Source of the DNA: Clostridia bacterium
Lineage (GTDB): Bacteria; Bacillota; Clostridia; UMGS1840
Assembly (NCBI GenBank): GCA_045656345.1
Contig: JAZOQZ010000062.1
Span: forward strand, 50-64,049
Direction: 5' to 3'
DNA length: 64,000 nucleotides
Part shown: positions 27,195 through 36,628 of the stretch, one piece after another
Layout of the letters: every line of letters starts with the position of its first letter
Position numbering within the stretch: position 1 is the first letter of the stretch
The notes under the pieces: model-generated
The model's database searches: none
Told to the model about the DNA's origin: nothing
What the model saw: the letters and a program-made list of their open reading frames with translations, nothing else
Translations under genes and position numbers: made by a program

Positions 27195-28331
27195 TCAGAT
27201 ATGAGGCTCTGCCTCTTTTTTGGATTGGGCGGATATATTCAGTATCATTCCCATGGATATCATCTGGAACACAAATGAGGTTCCCCCTGCAGAAAAGAAG
27301 GGGAGGGGGATTCCTGTGGGCGGAACTGAAGAGGTTGCCACCCCAATGTTTAAGAGCACCTGCACGATAGTTAAGGAAATCAGACCGAAAACCAATAACA
27401 TGGAATAACGGTCGGGTGCTTTTAATGCAATCCGTACGGCACGGTAGAGCAAGAGGGCAAACAGTATCAAAACTGCTAATGCGCCCAAGAATCCAAGTTC
27501 CTCACAAATAATGGAGAAAATAAAGTCGTTCTGGGGTTCTGGGATATATAAGAATTTCTGACGGCTTCTGCCCAGACCTAACCCGGAAAATCCGCCGCTT
27601 CCGATGGCATATAGCGATTGCACTACCTGCCAGCCGTCGCCTGCCTTGTCGTTAAAGGGGTTTGTGAAAGAAATAAGTCGTTGCATACGGTAGGGCTCAA
27701 TGATGGCAAATATAGCACCGATGAGTCCTGCTACTACTGCCAAAGCTGAGAAAATGCGCATCGGAATCCCTGCAGCAATCATCATCACACCCAAAGCCAG
27801 CACAATAATCAGAATGGCAGAGAAGTGAGGTTGAAACAGCAGAAGAAGTCCGGCAACTCCCACCAGCAGAATACAGATAATCAGATGGGGAAGGGATTCT
27901 TTTACGTCGATCATTTTGATTTTGGATAACACCCAGGCACAAGCCATCACAATCGCAATTTTTGCTAATTCTGAAGGCTGAATGGTGGAGAATCCTAAAT
28001 CCAGCCAACGTTTCGCACCGTTGATACGTTGCCCGACAGCCAACACCAAAACGAGAAGAATCATAGCAATCCCGTAAAGGGGGAAAACAAACCGCTTGAT
28101 AAATTTGTAATCAATCATTGACACAAAGAACATCACGGCAAAGCCAACCACAGCCCAAACCAGCTGGTTCTTAAAGAAGAACATACTGTCTCCGTGAATG
28201 TAAAAGGCGCTGGGCGCCGAGGCGGAAAACACCATAACCAGACCGTATGCCGTCAGGGCGATTACAGTCAGAAGAAACACGTGGTCGATGTTTCGCCAAT
28301 TCAGTTGGAGTTTGGGCTTCAGACTTTTCAT
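27195..28331 (-). CDS. ftsW: SEDS-family peptidoglycan glycosyltransferase FtsW/SpoVE
   Basis: 10-TM SEDS protein; INGAKRWL, QPSELAKI, PEPQNDFIF and PFFSAGGTS motifs. Confidence 0.92.
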   Translation of the reverse strand: MKSLKPKLQLNWRNIDHVFLLTVIALTAYGLVMVFSASAPSAFYIHGDSMFFFKNQLVWAVVGFAVMFFVSMIDYKFIKRFVFPLYGIAMILLVLVLAVGQRINGAKRWLDLGFSTIQPSELAKIAIVMACAWVLSKIKMIDVKESLPHLIICILLVGVAGLLLLFQPHFSAILIIVLALGVMMIAAGIPMRIFSALAVVAGLIGAIFAIIEPYRMQRLISFTNPFNDKAGDGWQVVQSLYAIGSGGFSGLGLGRSRQKFLYIPEPQNDFIFSIICEELGFLGALAVLILFALLLYRAVRIALKAPDRYSMLLVFGLISLTIVQVLLNIGVATSSVPPTGIPLPFFSAGGTSFVFQMISMGMILNISAQSKKEAEPHI

Positions 28332-28385
28332 AGTATTGAAGTGGTTCCGACTTTTGGAACCTTCCTTTCTTATAGAATCTGCAGG

Positions 28386-29357
28386 CTATACCCGAGATAA
28401 GTATGCCATCACACAACCGAGCAAGGTGATTGCGGAAAAGAGCAACACAATTTTGTTTTCGGAATAACCGGACATTTCAAAATGATGGTGAATGGGAGTC
28501 ATTTTGAAAATTCGTTTGCCTTTGGTCAGTTTGAAGTAGGTTACCTGAAGCATTACGGATAATGCTTCAATCAGATACACAATACCCACAATCAGAAGGA
28601 TTAAGGGCATATCGTTTAAAATCGCAAGTGCTGCAACTGCACCGCCTAAAAACAGGGAACCGGTGTCGCCCATAAATACTTTGGCGGGATGAAGATTGTA
28701 GATTAAAAATCCGCAAAGTGCACCACAAAGACCTGCAGAAAACATCGTCATGCCTTCGGATAAGAAAATCATGGACGCTAAAGTGAAAAACAGGCTTACC
28801 ACAAAAGTTACGGAGCTGGCAAGACCGTCAACACCGTCGGTTAAATTCACCGCGTTGATAAAGCCAATCATCATGAATACCAGAAGAATACTGATATAGT
28901 AGGATAAATCCAGATAAATGTGAGTAAAGGGAATCCAGAGCGTGGTTTGAATAATATTAAATTCCAGTCCGCATACCACGAAAGCAGTGGACACCACAAG
29001 CATCAGAATCACTTTCCACATTGCGCTTAAGCCTAAGTTTCTTTTTTTCACCACTTTGATGTAGTCATCCAAAAAACCGATCAGACCACAGGAAAGGGCA
29101 AACAGAACCACAAACAGACCTTTTAAATCCCGCACAAAGATGGCGCTTACTACCAGCACTGCCAGAATAAAAATGATACCGCCCATCGTGGGGGTTCCTG
29201 CCTTTGATTTATGCCAGTTAGGTCCTTCTTCTAAAATTTGCTGCCCGAATTTTAATTTTCGAAGCAGAGGGATAAAAATGGGCCCTGCCAGGGCGCTTAC
29301 CAGAAAACCAATCACTGCGCAGATTGCTGCAATCATCGGTGTCGGCATAGAGATCAC
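28386..29357 (-). CDS. mraY: Phospho-N-acetylmuramoyl-pentapeptide-transferase MraY
   Basis: GTPTMGG, GFLDDYIKV, NAVNLTDGVDGL, MGDTGSLFLGG, PIHHHFE. Confidence 0.96.
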   Translation of the reverse strand: MISMPTPMIAAICAVIGFLVSALAGPIFIPLLRKLKFGQQILEEGPNWHKSKAGTPTMGGIIFILAVLVVSAIFVRDLKGLFVVLFALSCGLIGFLDDYIKVVKKRNLGLSAMWKVILMLVVSTAFVVCGLEFNIIQTTLWIPFTHIYLDLSYYISILLVFMMIGFINAVNLTDGVDGLASSVTFVVSLFFTLASMIFLSEGMTMFSAGLCGALCGFLIYNLHPAKVFMGDTGSLFLGGAVAALAILNDMPLILLIVGIVYLIEALSVMLQVTYFKLTKGKRIFKMTPIHHHFEMSGYSENKIVLLFSAITLLGCVMAYLSRV

Positions 29358-30706
29358 TCCTTCGTTTGTAGGTATTGTTTCACTTGTTCAAATAGTTCTT
29401 CAAATTGATATTTTCGGGATGCCTTGAATAACACGGCATCACCCGGTTGGAATAATTCGGGAATTTTTTTGATAAAATGTTCCCGGTTGGCGAAAAACAA
29501 AATATCCTCTGGGTTCATTCCTGCCTTTTTGGCACCGTCTCTGATGTGCTTCGCATCTTCTTCCACACAGATTAGCGTGTGAATGTCGGCGTCAAATACA
29601 GCTTCGCCCACCTGGTTCAGGATGGGTTTAAGATAATCTCCCAATTCGCCGATGGGACCTAACACTGCAACCTTACGGTTTCCTTTCTGATTTGCCAACA
29701 CGCGGAGTGCGGCACGGTCAGAATCCAAAGAAGCGTTGTAGCAGTCTGCAATTAAGGTGTAGGAACCTACGGTTTCGGTTTTTTGGCGCCAGCCAACTGA
29801 CCGGAAGGCGGATAACCCGCTTTGAATTTGCGTAGCGCTCATTCCTAAATGTTTTCCCAAAAGCACAGCGGAACTTGCGTTCTGAATGTTGTGTGCTCCG
29901 GCAATGGGGATTTGATAAGTGTTGCCATCCATTTGGAAAATACCTTCTTCGGAAATAATTTCGTAGGGATATTTTGCGTTGCTTTTTCCGAAATATTGTA
30001 TTTGTTGTTGACATTTCACCTGAGACAGAAGGTCGTCATCGCCGTTTAAGAGCAAAAGACCGTCATCTGCCATACCGTCTAAAATTTCAAGCTTTGCTTT
30101 TAAGATATTCTCACGACTTCCCAAATATTCAATATGGGAGGTTCCGATTAAGGAAATGATGGCAATATGAGGCTTTGCAATTTTAGAAAGATAGGAAATT
30201 TCGTCGAAGTGATTCATTCCCATTTCCAAAACGATAAATTTTTCGTCTCCTTCCATTTTGAGCACAGTTAAGGGGAGACCGATATGATTATTGAAATTGC
30301 CTGAGGTGGCAAGGGTTTTTCCTGCTTCGTTCACCACGGATGCCACAAACTGGCGGGTGGTGGTTTTTCCAACGCTGCCTGTGATGGCAATCACTTTGGC
30401 ATCGGATTTTTTTAAAACATACGAAGCCAGGTCGCCTAACGCTTTGGTGGTGTCTTCAACCAGCACAGCAAACTGACCTGTGTGAGCTACCTCTTTGGTT
30501 TGGGTTAAAAAGCCCACAGCACCGTTTTGGACAGCGCTTTCAATATAAGCGTGGCCGTCGTGAGTTTCTCCCACCAACGGAATAAACAACTGGGTTTCCA
30601 TTTGGGCACGGCTATCGGTGGAAACATAGCGGAAAGGGGTGTCGGGAGAGCCAAACAGCAAAGTTCCGGACACTGCTTCCAATAATTGATGCACAGTTAA
30701 TTGCAT
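29354..30706 (-). CDS. murF: UDP-N-acetylmuramoyl-tripeptide--D-alanyl-D-alanine ligase MurF
   Basis: ITGSVGKTTT P-loop, Mur ligase middle and C-terminal domains. Overlaps mraY by 4 nt. Confidence 0.93.
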   Translation of the reverse strand: MQLTVHQLLEAVSGTLLFGSPDTPFRYVSTDSRAQMETQLFIPLVGETHDGHAYIESAVQNGAVGFLTQTKEVAHTGQFAVLVEDTTKALGDLASYVLKKSDAKVIAITGSVGKTTTRQFVASVVNEAGKTLATSGNFNNHIGLPLTVLKMEGDEKFIVLEMGMNHFDEISYLSKIAKPHIAIISLIGTSHIEYLGSRENILKAKLEILDGMADDGLLLLNGDDDLLSQVKCQQQIQYFGKSNAKYPYEIISEEGIFQMDGNTYQIPIAGAHNIQNASSAVLLGKHLGMSATQIQSGLSAFRSVGWRQKTETVGSYTLIADCYNASLDSDRAALRVLANQKGNRKVAVLGPIGELGDYLKPILNQVGEAVFDADIHTLICVEEDAKHIRDGAKKAGMNPEDILFFANREHFIKKIPELFQPGDAVLFKASRKYQFEELFEQVKQYLQTKE

Positions 30707-32142
30707 AACGACTTCACAACTTCTCTTTCGTCAAATTCAATTTCGTAATCTTTAAATTTCTGTACCATTTCATGGCCTTTGCCTAAGAGTAACACGATGT
30801 CATCTTCTTTGGCAAGTTCCATAGCAAGACGAATGGCTTCTTTTCGGTCGGTGTGAGAATACACGTTGGTTTTGTCGGGAATTCCCACCATAATATCGTC
30901 AATAATAGCCTGCATATCTTCGCTACGGGGATTGTCGCTGGTGACTACCACAACATCGGAGAGTTTTTTTGCAATGGCTCCCATTTTGGGGCGTTTGCCT
31001 TTGTCACGATCGCCACCGCAACCGAACACGGTAATCACTCTTGCAGGTTTGAATTCATTCACAGCTGTTAAAATGTTTTCCATTCCGTCGGGAGTGTGGG
31101 CGAAATCAATCATCACCTGATAGGGTTTATCAATTTCTACCAGTTCACATCTGCCTTTGACGGTTTTGGATTTTTTCATTGCCATTCTCACGAATCCGTC
31201 CGGCACGGAAAGTGCTCCGGACATTGCGCAAACGGCCAGGGAATTATACACGGAGAAGCCGCCGGGAATGGGCAGTTTCACGGTGTAGGGATCTTTTTCG
31301 TGAATCACGGTGTAGGTAACACCGTCGGCACGGTATTCAATATCGTTTGCAGTGAAATCACAGTTTTCACCTAATCCGTATGTTACAATTTTACCTTTTG
31401 CGTGAGCTTTCATTGTTTCGGCATAAGGACTGTCCTGATTGATTACCGCAATTTCACACTGACGGAAAAATGCTGCTTTTGCATCTGCATAATTTTCCAT
31501 TGTGATATGGTAATCCAGATGGTCTTGCGTTAAATTGGTGAACACACCAATTTCAAAGGGGATTGCGGCAACTCTGCCTAAACTTACCGAATGGGAAGAC
31601 ACTTCCATCACTGCAAAATCGCAGTTTTCTTCCGCCATTTTCTGCAGATGGGAAAATAGCTCGGGAGCTTCGGGGGTGGTGGCGTTGGCAGGATAGGAGG
31701 TTTTATCAATCACGATTTCGTTGGTGCCGATTAACCCCACTTTGTAGCCACAAACTTCCAACATATTTTTAATCAGATTGGTCACAGTGGTTTTTCCGTT
31801 GGTACCTGTTACACCGATCATACGCAGTTTTTTCTGGGGATTGTTGCAAAAGGCGGCTGCCAGATAAGACAGTGCGACATTGGTGTTTTCTACCACGATA
31901 TTCACAACGCCTTTCGTATCCACAGGATATTCGGTCACAATGGCTGCGGCTTTGTTTTCCACTGCCTGAGTAATGTATTCGTGGCGGTCGGAACGGATGC
32001 CTTTGATGCACACGAATAAACTTCCTTCAGACACAGTTCTGGTATCAAAAGAAATATCGGTAATCTGAGTGTTCAATTGTTCTTCGGTCAGTTGATTTTT
32101 GCACTCAATGTCAGAGTTTTGCAGTAATTCGTGTAATAACAT
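30697..32142 (-). CDS. murE: UDP-N-acetylmuramoyl-L-alanyl-D-glutamate--2,6-diaminopimelate (or L-Lys) ligase MurE
   Basis: GVTGTNGKTT P-loop, MEVSSH. A DNPRSED motif (DNPR) suggests meso-DAP specificity. Confidence 0.93.
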   Translation of the reverse strand: MLLHELLQNSDIECKNQLTEEQLNTQITDISFDTRTVSEGSLFVCIKGIRSDRHEYITQAVENKAAAIVTEYPVDTKGVVNIVVENTNVALSYLAAAFCNNPQKKLRMIGVTGTNGKTTVTNLIKNMLEVCGYKVGLIGTNEIVIDKTSYPANATTPEAPELFSHLQKMAEENCDFAVMEVSSHSVSLGRVAAIPFEIGVFTNLTQDHLDYHITMENYADAKAAFFRQCEIAVINQDSPYAETMKAHAKGKIVTYGLGENCDFTANDIEYRADGVTYTVIHEKDPYTVKLPIPGGFSVYNSLAVCAMSGALSVPDGFVRMAMKKSKTVKGRCELVEIDKPYQVMIDFAHTPDGMENILTAVNEFKPARVITVFGCGGDRDKGKRPKMGAIAKKLSDVVVVTSDNPRSEDMQAIIDDIMVGIPDKTNVYSHTDRKEAIRLAMELAKEDDIVLLLGKGHEMVQKFKDYEIEFDEREVVKSLCN

Positions 32143-32159
32143 AGCGTTCCTCAGCTTTC

Positions 32160-34358
32160 TTAGGGTTCAGCGTGATCAGAATTGGGATAGGTAAATTCCA
32201 CGGTAATCTGAGAGCCGATAGTGGCGTATTCTCCGTGAGGGATGCTCTGAGTAGCTGCCACCGCATTCTGTGTGGTGGTGGCAATGCCCACTGCGTGGAA
32301 TTGTAATTTGGAATCTTCTAAAATGGATTTCGCTTCTTCAAAGCTTTTTCCGACAACGTTTGGCACTTCAATGCTGTTGGACGGACGGGTGTCTCCCGTG
32401 TAAACAATCACGGTTCCGTTTCGGGCAATGGATACGCCGGGCAGGGGAACCTGACTGTTCACCACGTCGCCGTTTCCTTCCACCACGCAACGTAGTCCGC
32501 TCTGAGAAAGAATCAAACGTGCATCGGCAAGATTCTGCCCGGTTACACGGGGAACTTCCACATCGCCTTCTGCTTCCTGCGCATCGGTTAGTTCAGGTTC
32601 CATATCCATATAACGGAGCACATCATCTAAAATTTTACCTGCTAAGGGGGAGGCGATGGTACCGCCCATATGATTTCCTGCAGGGGGTTCATCTAAAATA
32701 ATCAGAATGGCAATCTGCGGGTCGTTTGCAGGAGCAATCCCCACAAAAGATGCCACATATTTCTGGCTTCCGCGGGGAAGTTTTTCACTGGTTCCGGTTT
32801 TACCGCCAACGTGGAAACCTTCCAAGTGTGCTTTGTTACCGGTACCTTCGGCTACCACGCTTTCCATCAGACCGCACATAATTTCGGAGGTCTGGGAAGA
32901 AATTACCTGACGCACTTCCACGGTATCGTAGTTTTCTAAAATTGTTCCGTTGGAATCTGAAATCTGTTTTACCAGATGAGGTTTTACTAAAACACCGTCG
33001 TTGGCAACTGCGCTGACAGCGGTAATCATCTGCAAGGGAGTAACTGTGGGGCCCTGACCGAAAGAGGCGGTAGCAAGTTCCACTTCGTTGAAACTGCCTT
33101 CAGGATAGAAGATACCGCTGGTTTCACCGTACAGCTCAATGCCTGTTTTCTGGGTGAAACCGAAGCCTTTGTAATAGTTGTAGAAGGTTTTCTGCCCGAT
33201 TCTTGCACCAATTTGCATAAAGGCAGGGTTACAGGAATTTTCCAAAGCACCGGTTAAATCCAATGTGCCGTGACCGCCGTGTTTCCAGCAACCGATGGAT
33301 TCTTTTGCAACCTGCTGACTTCCGGTACAGTTGAAGGTGTCTTGCAGGGATACCACGTTTTCTTCTAAAGCCATTGCAGAAGTGATGATTTTGAAGGTGG
33401 AACCCGGTTCATAACTGTCTACCACCGCTTTGTTTCTCCAAAGCTGATTTAAATATTCGGAGGTAGCCTGAGATTTTTCTTCAGGGTCGTCAATATCATC
33501 AATTTGTGCCTGTGCAGATACATCGGTAATCAGGAAGGGCTCGTTTAAGTTGAAGTCCGGTTTGGTTGCCATTGCCAGGATTTCCCCGGTTTTGATGTCC
33601 ATGATGATGCCTGCTGCACCTTGTTTTAACTGTAAATCGGTTACGGCTTGGTCTAAGTGCTTTTCTAAGAAATGTTGGATGGAAACATCAATGGTCAGAG
33701 TGATATCGGCACCGTCCTGAGGAGTGTAATAACGGTCATATCTGTAAGGCATTTCGGTACCGTCTGCATTTCTTGCAGTAACGATTCGACCGTATTCACC
33801 TTTTAATTTGCTGTCGTAAATCTGTTCAATACCCAGCAATCCCTGGTTGTCGGAGCCGGTGAACCCGATAATGTGGGATGCGATGTTGTTGTAGGGATAG
33901 TAACGTTTGGTATCGGCATCTAAATAAACACCGGAGAGACCTGCATCGCGAATAGCGTCTGCCTGCTCTTTTTCCACTTTTCGTTTGATGAGAACATAGG
34001 AAGTTTTTTGGTCGATTTTTTCTAAAATGGTTTCTTCGTCGATTCCGAGAATCTCAGAAAGCGTTTGTGCACAAAGCTCCCGCTCGTTAGCTTTGATTAC
34101 AGTGATGGGGGAAATGCTTACGGTTTCCACATCTGCACTCACGGCCAGCTGTTTGCCGTTTCTGTCGTAAATGGTGCCTCGTTTGGCGTTGATCATACGG
34201 TCACGGGTTTGCTGCTCGATGGCTTCTCTGGAAAGCCAGTCGCCGTCCACAAACTGAATCACGGAAATTCTGATCACAAAGAAAACAAAGCATACCAGTA
34301 GTACGCCTGCGAGCCATAAAATTCTCTTCTGAGTTTTTAATGTGCTGTTTTTCTTCAT
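32160..34358 (-). CDS. Class B penicillin-binding protein (FtsI/PBP2B/SpoVD-like) with two C-terminal PASTA domains
   Basis: TM anchor, PBP dimerisation domain, transpeptidase motifs STFK, SCN, KTGT, then two PASTA repeats (VPRVTGQNLADARLIL..., VPNVVGKSFEEAKSIL...). ATG at 34358 follows AAGGAG. Confidence 0.92.
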   Translation of the reverse strand: MKKNSTLKTQKRILWLAGVLLVCFVFFVIRISVIQFVDGDWLSREAIEQQTRDRMINAKRGTIYDRNGKQLAVSADVETVSISPITVIKANERELCAQTLSEILGIDEETILEKIDQKTSYVLIKRKVEKEQADAIRDAGLSGVYLDADTKRYYPYNNIASHIIGFTGSDNQGLLGIEQIYDSKLKGEYGRIVTARNADGTEMPYRYDRYYTPQDGADITLTIDVSIQHFLEKHLDQAVTDLQLKQGAAGIIMDIKTGEILAMATKPDFNLNEPFLITDVSAQAQIDDIDDPEEKSQATSEYLNQLWRNKAVVDSYEPGSTFKIITSAMALEENVVSLQDTFNCTGSQQVAKESIGCWKHGGHGTLDLTGALENSCNPAFMQIGARIGQKTFYNYYKGFGFTQKTGIELYGETSGIFYPEGSFNEVELATASFGQGPTVTPLQMITAVSAVANDGVLVKPHLVKQISDSNGTILENYDTVEVRQVISSQTSEIMCGLMESVVAEGTGNKAHLEGFHVGGKTGTSEKLPRGSQKYVASFVGIAPANDPQIAILIILDEPPAGNHMGGTIASPLAGKILDDVLRYMDMEPELTDAQEAEGDVEVPRVTGQNLADARLILSQSGLRCVVEGNGDVVNSQVPLPGVSIARNGTVIVYTGDTRPSNSIEVPNVVGKSFEEAKSILEDSKLQFHAVGIATTTQNAVAATQSIPHGEYATIGSQITVEFTYPNSDHAEP

Positions 34359-34445
34359 GAAAAAACTCCTTTTATGGGAAAAATCCAAAGGGGGAATATA
34401 TGGAAAATTGAGGAATGATATCATCCCTCAATTCATCATATTAGC

Positions 34446-34913
34446 TTATTCACCCAAATATGCTATCATACCATTTTGAATACCGAAGTTATTGGTGGAG
34501 GTGCTTTGGGAGGTCGGAGCCTGTGCCATCACACCGTAATCCTGATCGGGCACGTCGATATACACGATTTGTTCGCTTCTTGCACGGTTCATGCCGTAAC
34601 TTGCGATTGCCAGTTCTTCCACTGTTTTTAAATCCATCTTCTGATTGATTTCCACTTCTTTTTTCTTGTTAGCGGAATACAGCTCTGCGTACTGGCTCTT
34701 CAGCGCTGCGTTAACGTTGCTTTGTTCGGTAAGTTGGGCGTTATGAATAATTAAGGAAATACCGCCTATGATAAAGCAAAAAATGAAAATTGCAATTTTG
34801 AACTGAAGACGTTTCTTTTCTTTGATTCGTCTTTTTTGTGCGATAGGGCGCAGGTCGTGCACGATGGCAGCTTCTCCCTGCTTTTGTTTATACGCCAGAT
34901 TGTCGAACGTCAT
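34446..34913 (-). CDS. ftsL: Cell division protein FtsL-like (septum formation initiator)
   Basis: 155-aa bitopic protein with a basic N-terminus, a single TM and a coiled-coil. Conserved position between rsmH and the PBP gene. Confidence 0.7.
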   Translation of the reverse strand: MTFDNLAYKQKQGEAAIVHDLRPIAQKRRIKEKKRLQFKIAIFIFCFIIGGISLIIHNAQLTEQSNVNAALKSQYAELYSANKKKEVEINQKMDLKTVEELAIASYGMNRARSEQIVYIDVPDQDYGVMAQAPTSQSTSTNNFGIQNGMIAYLGE

Positions 34914-34956
34914 GATGCGGCTCCTTTCTATATAATATAATAGGAAAAGAAATTCC

Positions 34957-35880
34957 TTATAATTTTTCTAAAATTCTGAGTTTTGCCGATTTGCTTCTGG
35001 AGTTTTCTGCCAGCTCCTTGTCGGAGGGGAGAATCGGCTTTCTTGTGATGATTTTTGCCAGCGGTTTTTTGCCGCACACACACACCGGAAATTCAGGAGG
35101 GCAGGTGCACACATTCACAAGACTTTTAAAATATTCTTTTACGATTCTGTCTTCTAAGGAATGAAATGTGATGATGCACATTCTTCCGCCGGGTTTTAGC
35201 AAGTTGAAAAAACTTTCAAGCCCCTGCTTTAATGATTCCAACTCACCGTTTACTTCAATGCGGATGGCCTGGAAGGTTCTTTTGGCAGGGTGTTTTTCCC
35301 GAAGGCTTTTTGCCGGCATAGAGCGACGGATAATTTCAATCAACTCGCCGGTGGTTTCAATTTCTTTTATTTCTCTTTGCTTTGCAATATTTTTAGCAAT
35401 GCTTAATGCATATTTTTCTTCGCCGTAGGTGGAGATGATGTTTGCAAGTTGCGAAACGGAATAAGTGTTGACCACGGTTTTGGCACTAAAGGCAGAAGTC
35501 TGATCCATTCTCATATCCAAAGGAGCATCTTCCCGATAGGAGAATCCGCGGTCTTTGTTGTCCAGCTGATAGGAGGAAACGCCCAAATCTGCCAGAATGC
35601 CGTCCACAGGAGTGGTAATATAATCGGCGATATTGCGAAAATCGGAACGGATAAACTGTTTTTGGCAAGCAGTTTGGGAGAGACGCTCGGTTGCTACGGC
35701 AAAAGCATCTTCGTCACGATCCACGCCGATGAACATTCCGTTTTCGGAAAGTTGTTCGCAAATTTTCAAGGAGTGTCCTGCACCGCCCATGGTAGCATCC
35801 ACGTAGGTGCCGTTTTCGGTAATTACCAAACCGTCGATGCACTCTTGTAGCAATACGCTTACGTGTTTAAATTCCATCAT
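34957..35880 (-). CDS. rsmH: 16S rRNA (cytosine1402-N4)-methyltransferase RsmH (MraW)
   Basis: HVSVLLQECIDGL, DATMGGAGHS, LADLGVSSYQLD, SLEDRIVK. ATG-ATG at 35880 lies 1 nt after the mraZ stop; a TTG at 35892 is the alternative start. Confidence 0.93.
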   Translation of the reverse strand: MMEFKHVSVLLQECIDGLVITENGTYVDATMGGAGHSLKICEQLSENGMFIGVDRDEDAFAVATERLSQTACQKQFIRSDFRNIADYITTPVDGILADLGVSSYQLDNKDRGFSYREDAPLDMRMDQTSAFSAKTVVNTYSVSQLANIISTYGEEKYALSIAKNIAKQREIKEIETTGELIEIIRRSMPAKSLREKHPAKRTFQAIRIEVNGELESLKQGLESFFNLLKPGGRMCIITFHSLEDRIVKEYFKSLVNVCTCPPEFPVCVCGKKPLAKIITRKPILPSDKELAENSRSKSAKLRILEKL

Positions 35881-35881
35881 C

Positions 35882-36310
35882 TTAAATTCCAAATATTTCT
35901 AAAATTTCAGAAAGCTTCTGAGGTTCATCCTCGGTCTGCTTTTCATATTTTTCGTATTCTTCCACATCCCAGATTTCAATTCTGGAGGAGGCACCTGCGA
36001 TAATGATGTCTTTTGTTAGTCCGGCGAATTCGCGAAGTCCCGGAGGGATTACGAATCGTCCCTGTTTATCTGCGGTAACCAGTTCGGTGTAGTTGAAAAT
36101 GTATCTCTGCAATCTGCCGCCGTCGTTGGAGATGGGGAGTGCTTTGATTTTTGCTTCCAGTTCTTTGTAGTCTTCTTTGGTGTAAACAAACAGGCACTTT
36201 TCAAACCCACGAAGCACGAAAAAACTTTCACCCAAATTCTCACGGTATTTGGATGGAAGTATTACTCTGCCTTTTGCGTCTATGGAATGCTTCGCCTGTC
36301 CGTAAAACAT
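35882..36310 (-). CDS. mraZ: Transcriptional regulator MraZ
   Basis: MFYGQAKHSIDAKGRVILPSKYRE... and a second SpoVT-AbrB repeat DKQGRFVIPPGLRE. ATG at 36310; the upstream ORF extension is non-homologous. Confidence 0.93.
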   Translation of the reverse strand: MFYGQAKHSIDAKGRVILPSKYRENLGESFFVLRGFEKCLFVYTKEDYKELEAKIKALPISNDGGRLQRYIFNYTELVTADKQGRFVIPPGLREFAGLTKDIIIAGASSRIEIWDVEEYEKYEKQTEDEPQKLSEILEIFGI

Positions 36311-36394
36311 ATCCTGAACTGTGCCCTTTCTGTAAGCTTTTGGGAGAATCGGTATCAATTCATCCCTGAAGTGGGATTTTCGGCTTGATTTACA

Positions 36395-36431
36395 CCACTT
36401 TGTGGTCTTTTGTGCCACTTTCAACCACTTT
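36395..36431 (-). promoter_or_regulatory. MraZ operator: four direct heptamers with exact 10-bp phasing
   Basis: The minus strand reads AAAGTGG-ttg-AAAGTGG-cac-AAAAGAC-cac-AAAGTGG (plus-strand CCACTTT at 36395, 36415, 36425; GTCTTTT at 36405). It lies about 85 nt upstream of mraZ. Confidence 0.7.
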
Positions 36432-36438
36432 TATATAT

Positions 36439-36466
36439 ATTTTAACATATTTTTGAAAAAAATCAA
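36439..36466 (-). promoter_or_regulatory. Putative dcw-operon promoter
   Basis: Minus strand TTGATT (36461-36466), 16-nt spacer, TGtTAAAAT (36439-36447). It sits immediately upstream of the MraZ boxes. Confidence 0.45.
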
Positions 36467-36570
36467 GTATTTTTGCAAAAAAAATTCAGTTTTTTTCAAT
36501 TTTTTTTCTGGGGTTGGGAAGAGGGGGGCAAATTGTGGAAAAATCAAGGATTTCTTCGGAATTCTGGCAC

Positions 36571-36611
36571 AAAAAAAACAGTCCTGACAGCGGGAAAACT
36601 GTCAGGACTGT
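36571..36611 (-). terminator. Rho-independent terminator of the RND operon
   Basis: Minus strand ACAGTCCTGACAG-loop-CTGTCAGGACTGT followed by TTTTTTTT. It begins 18 nt after the RND stop. Confidence 0.8.
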
Positions 36612-36628
36612 CTGATGATAATAACTTG

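Noticed and set aside
34359-34445. 13-bp-stem hairpin (ATTGAGGAATGAT/ATCATCCCTCAAT) in the ftsL-PBP spacer as an internal terminator
   Set aside because: On the transcribed minus strand it is followed only by TTTTCC rather than a proper U-tract. It is more likely a processing or stability element, or chance. It is not strong enough to call.
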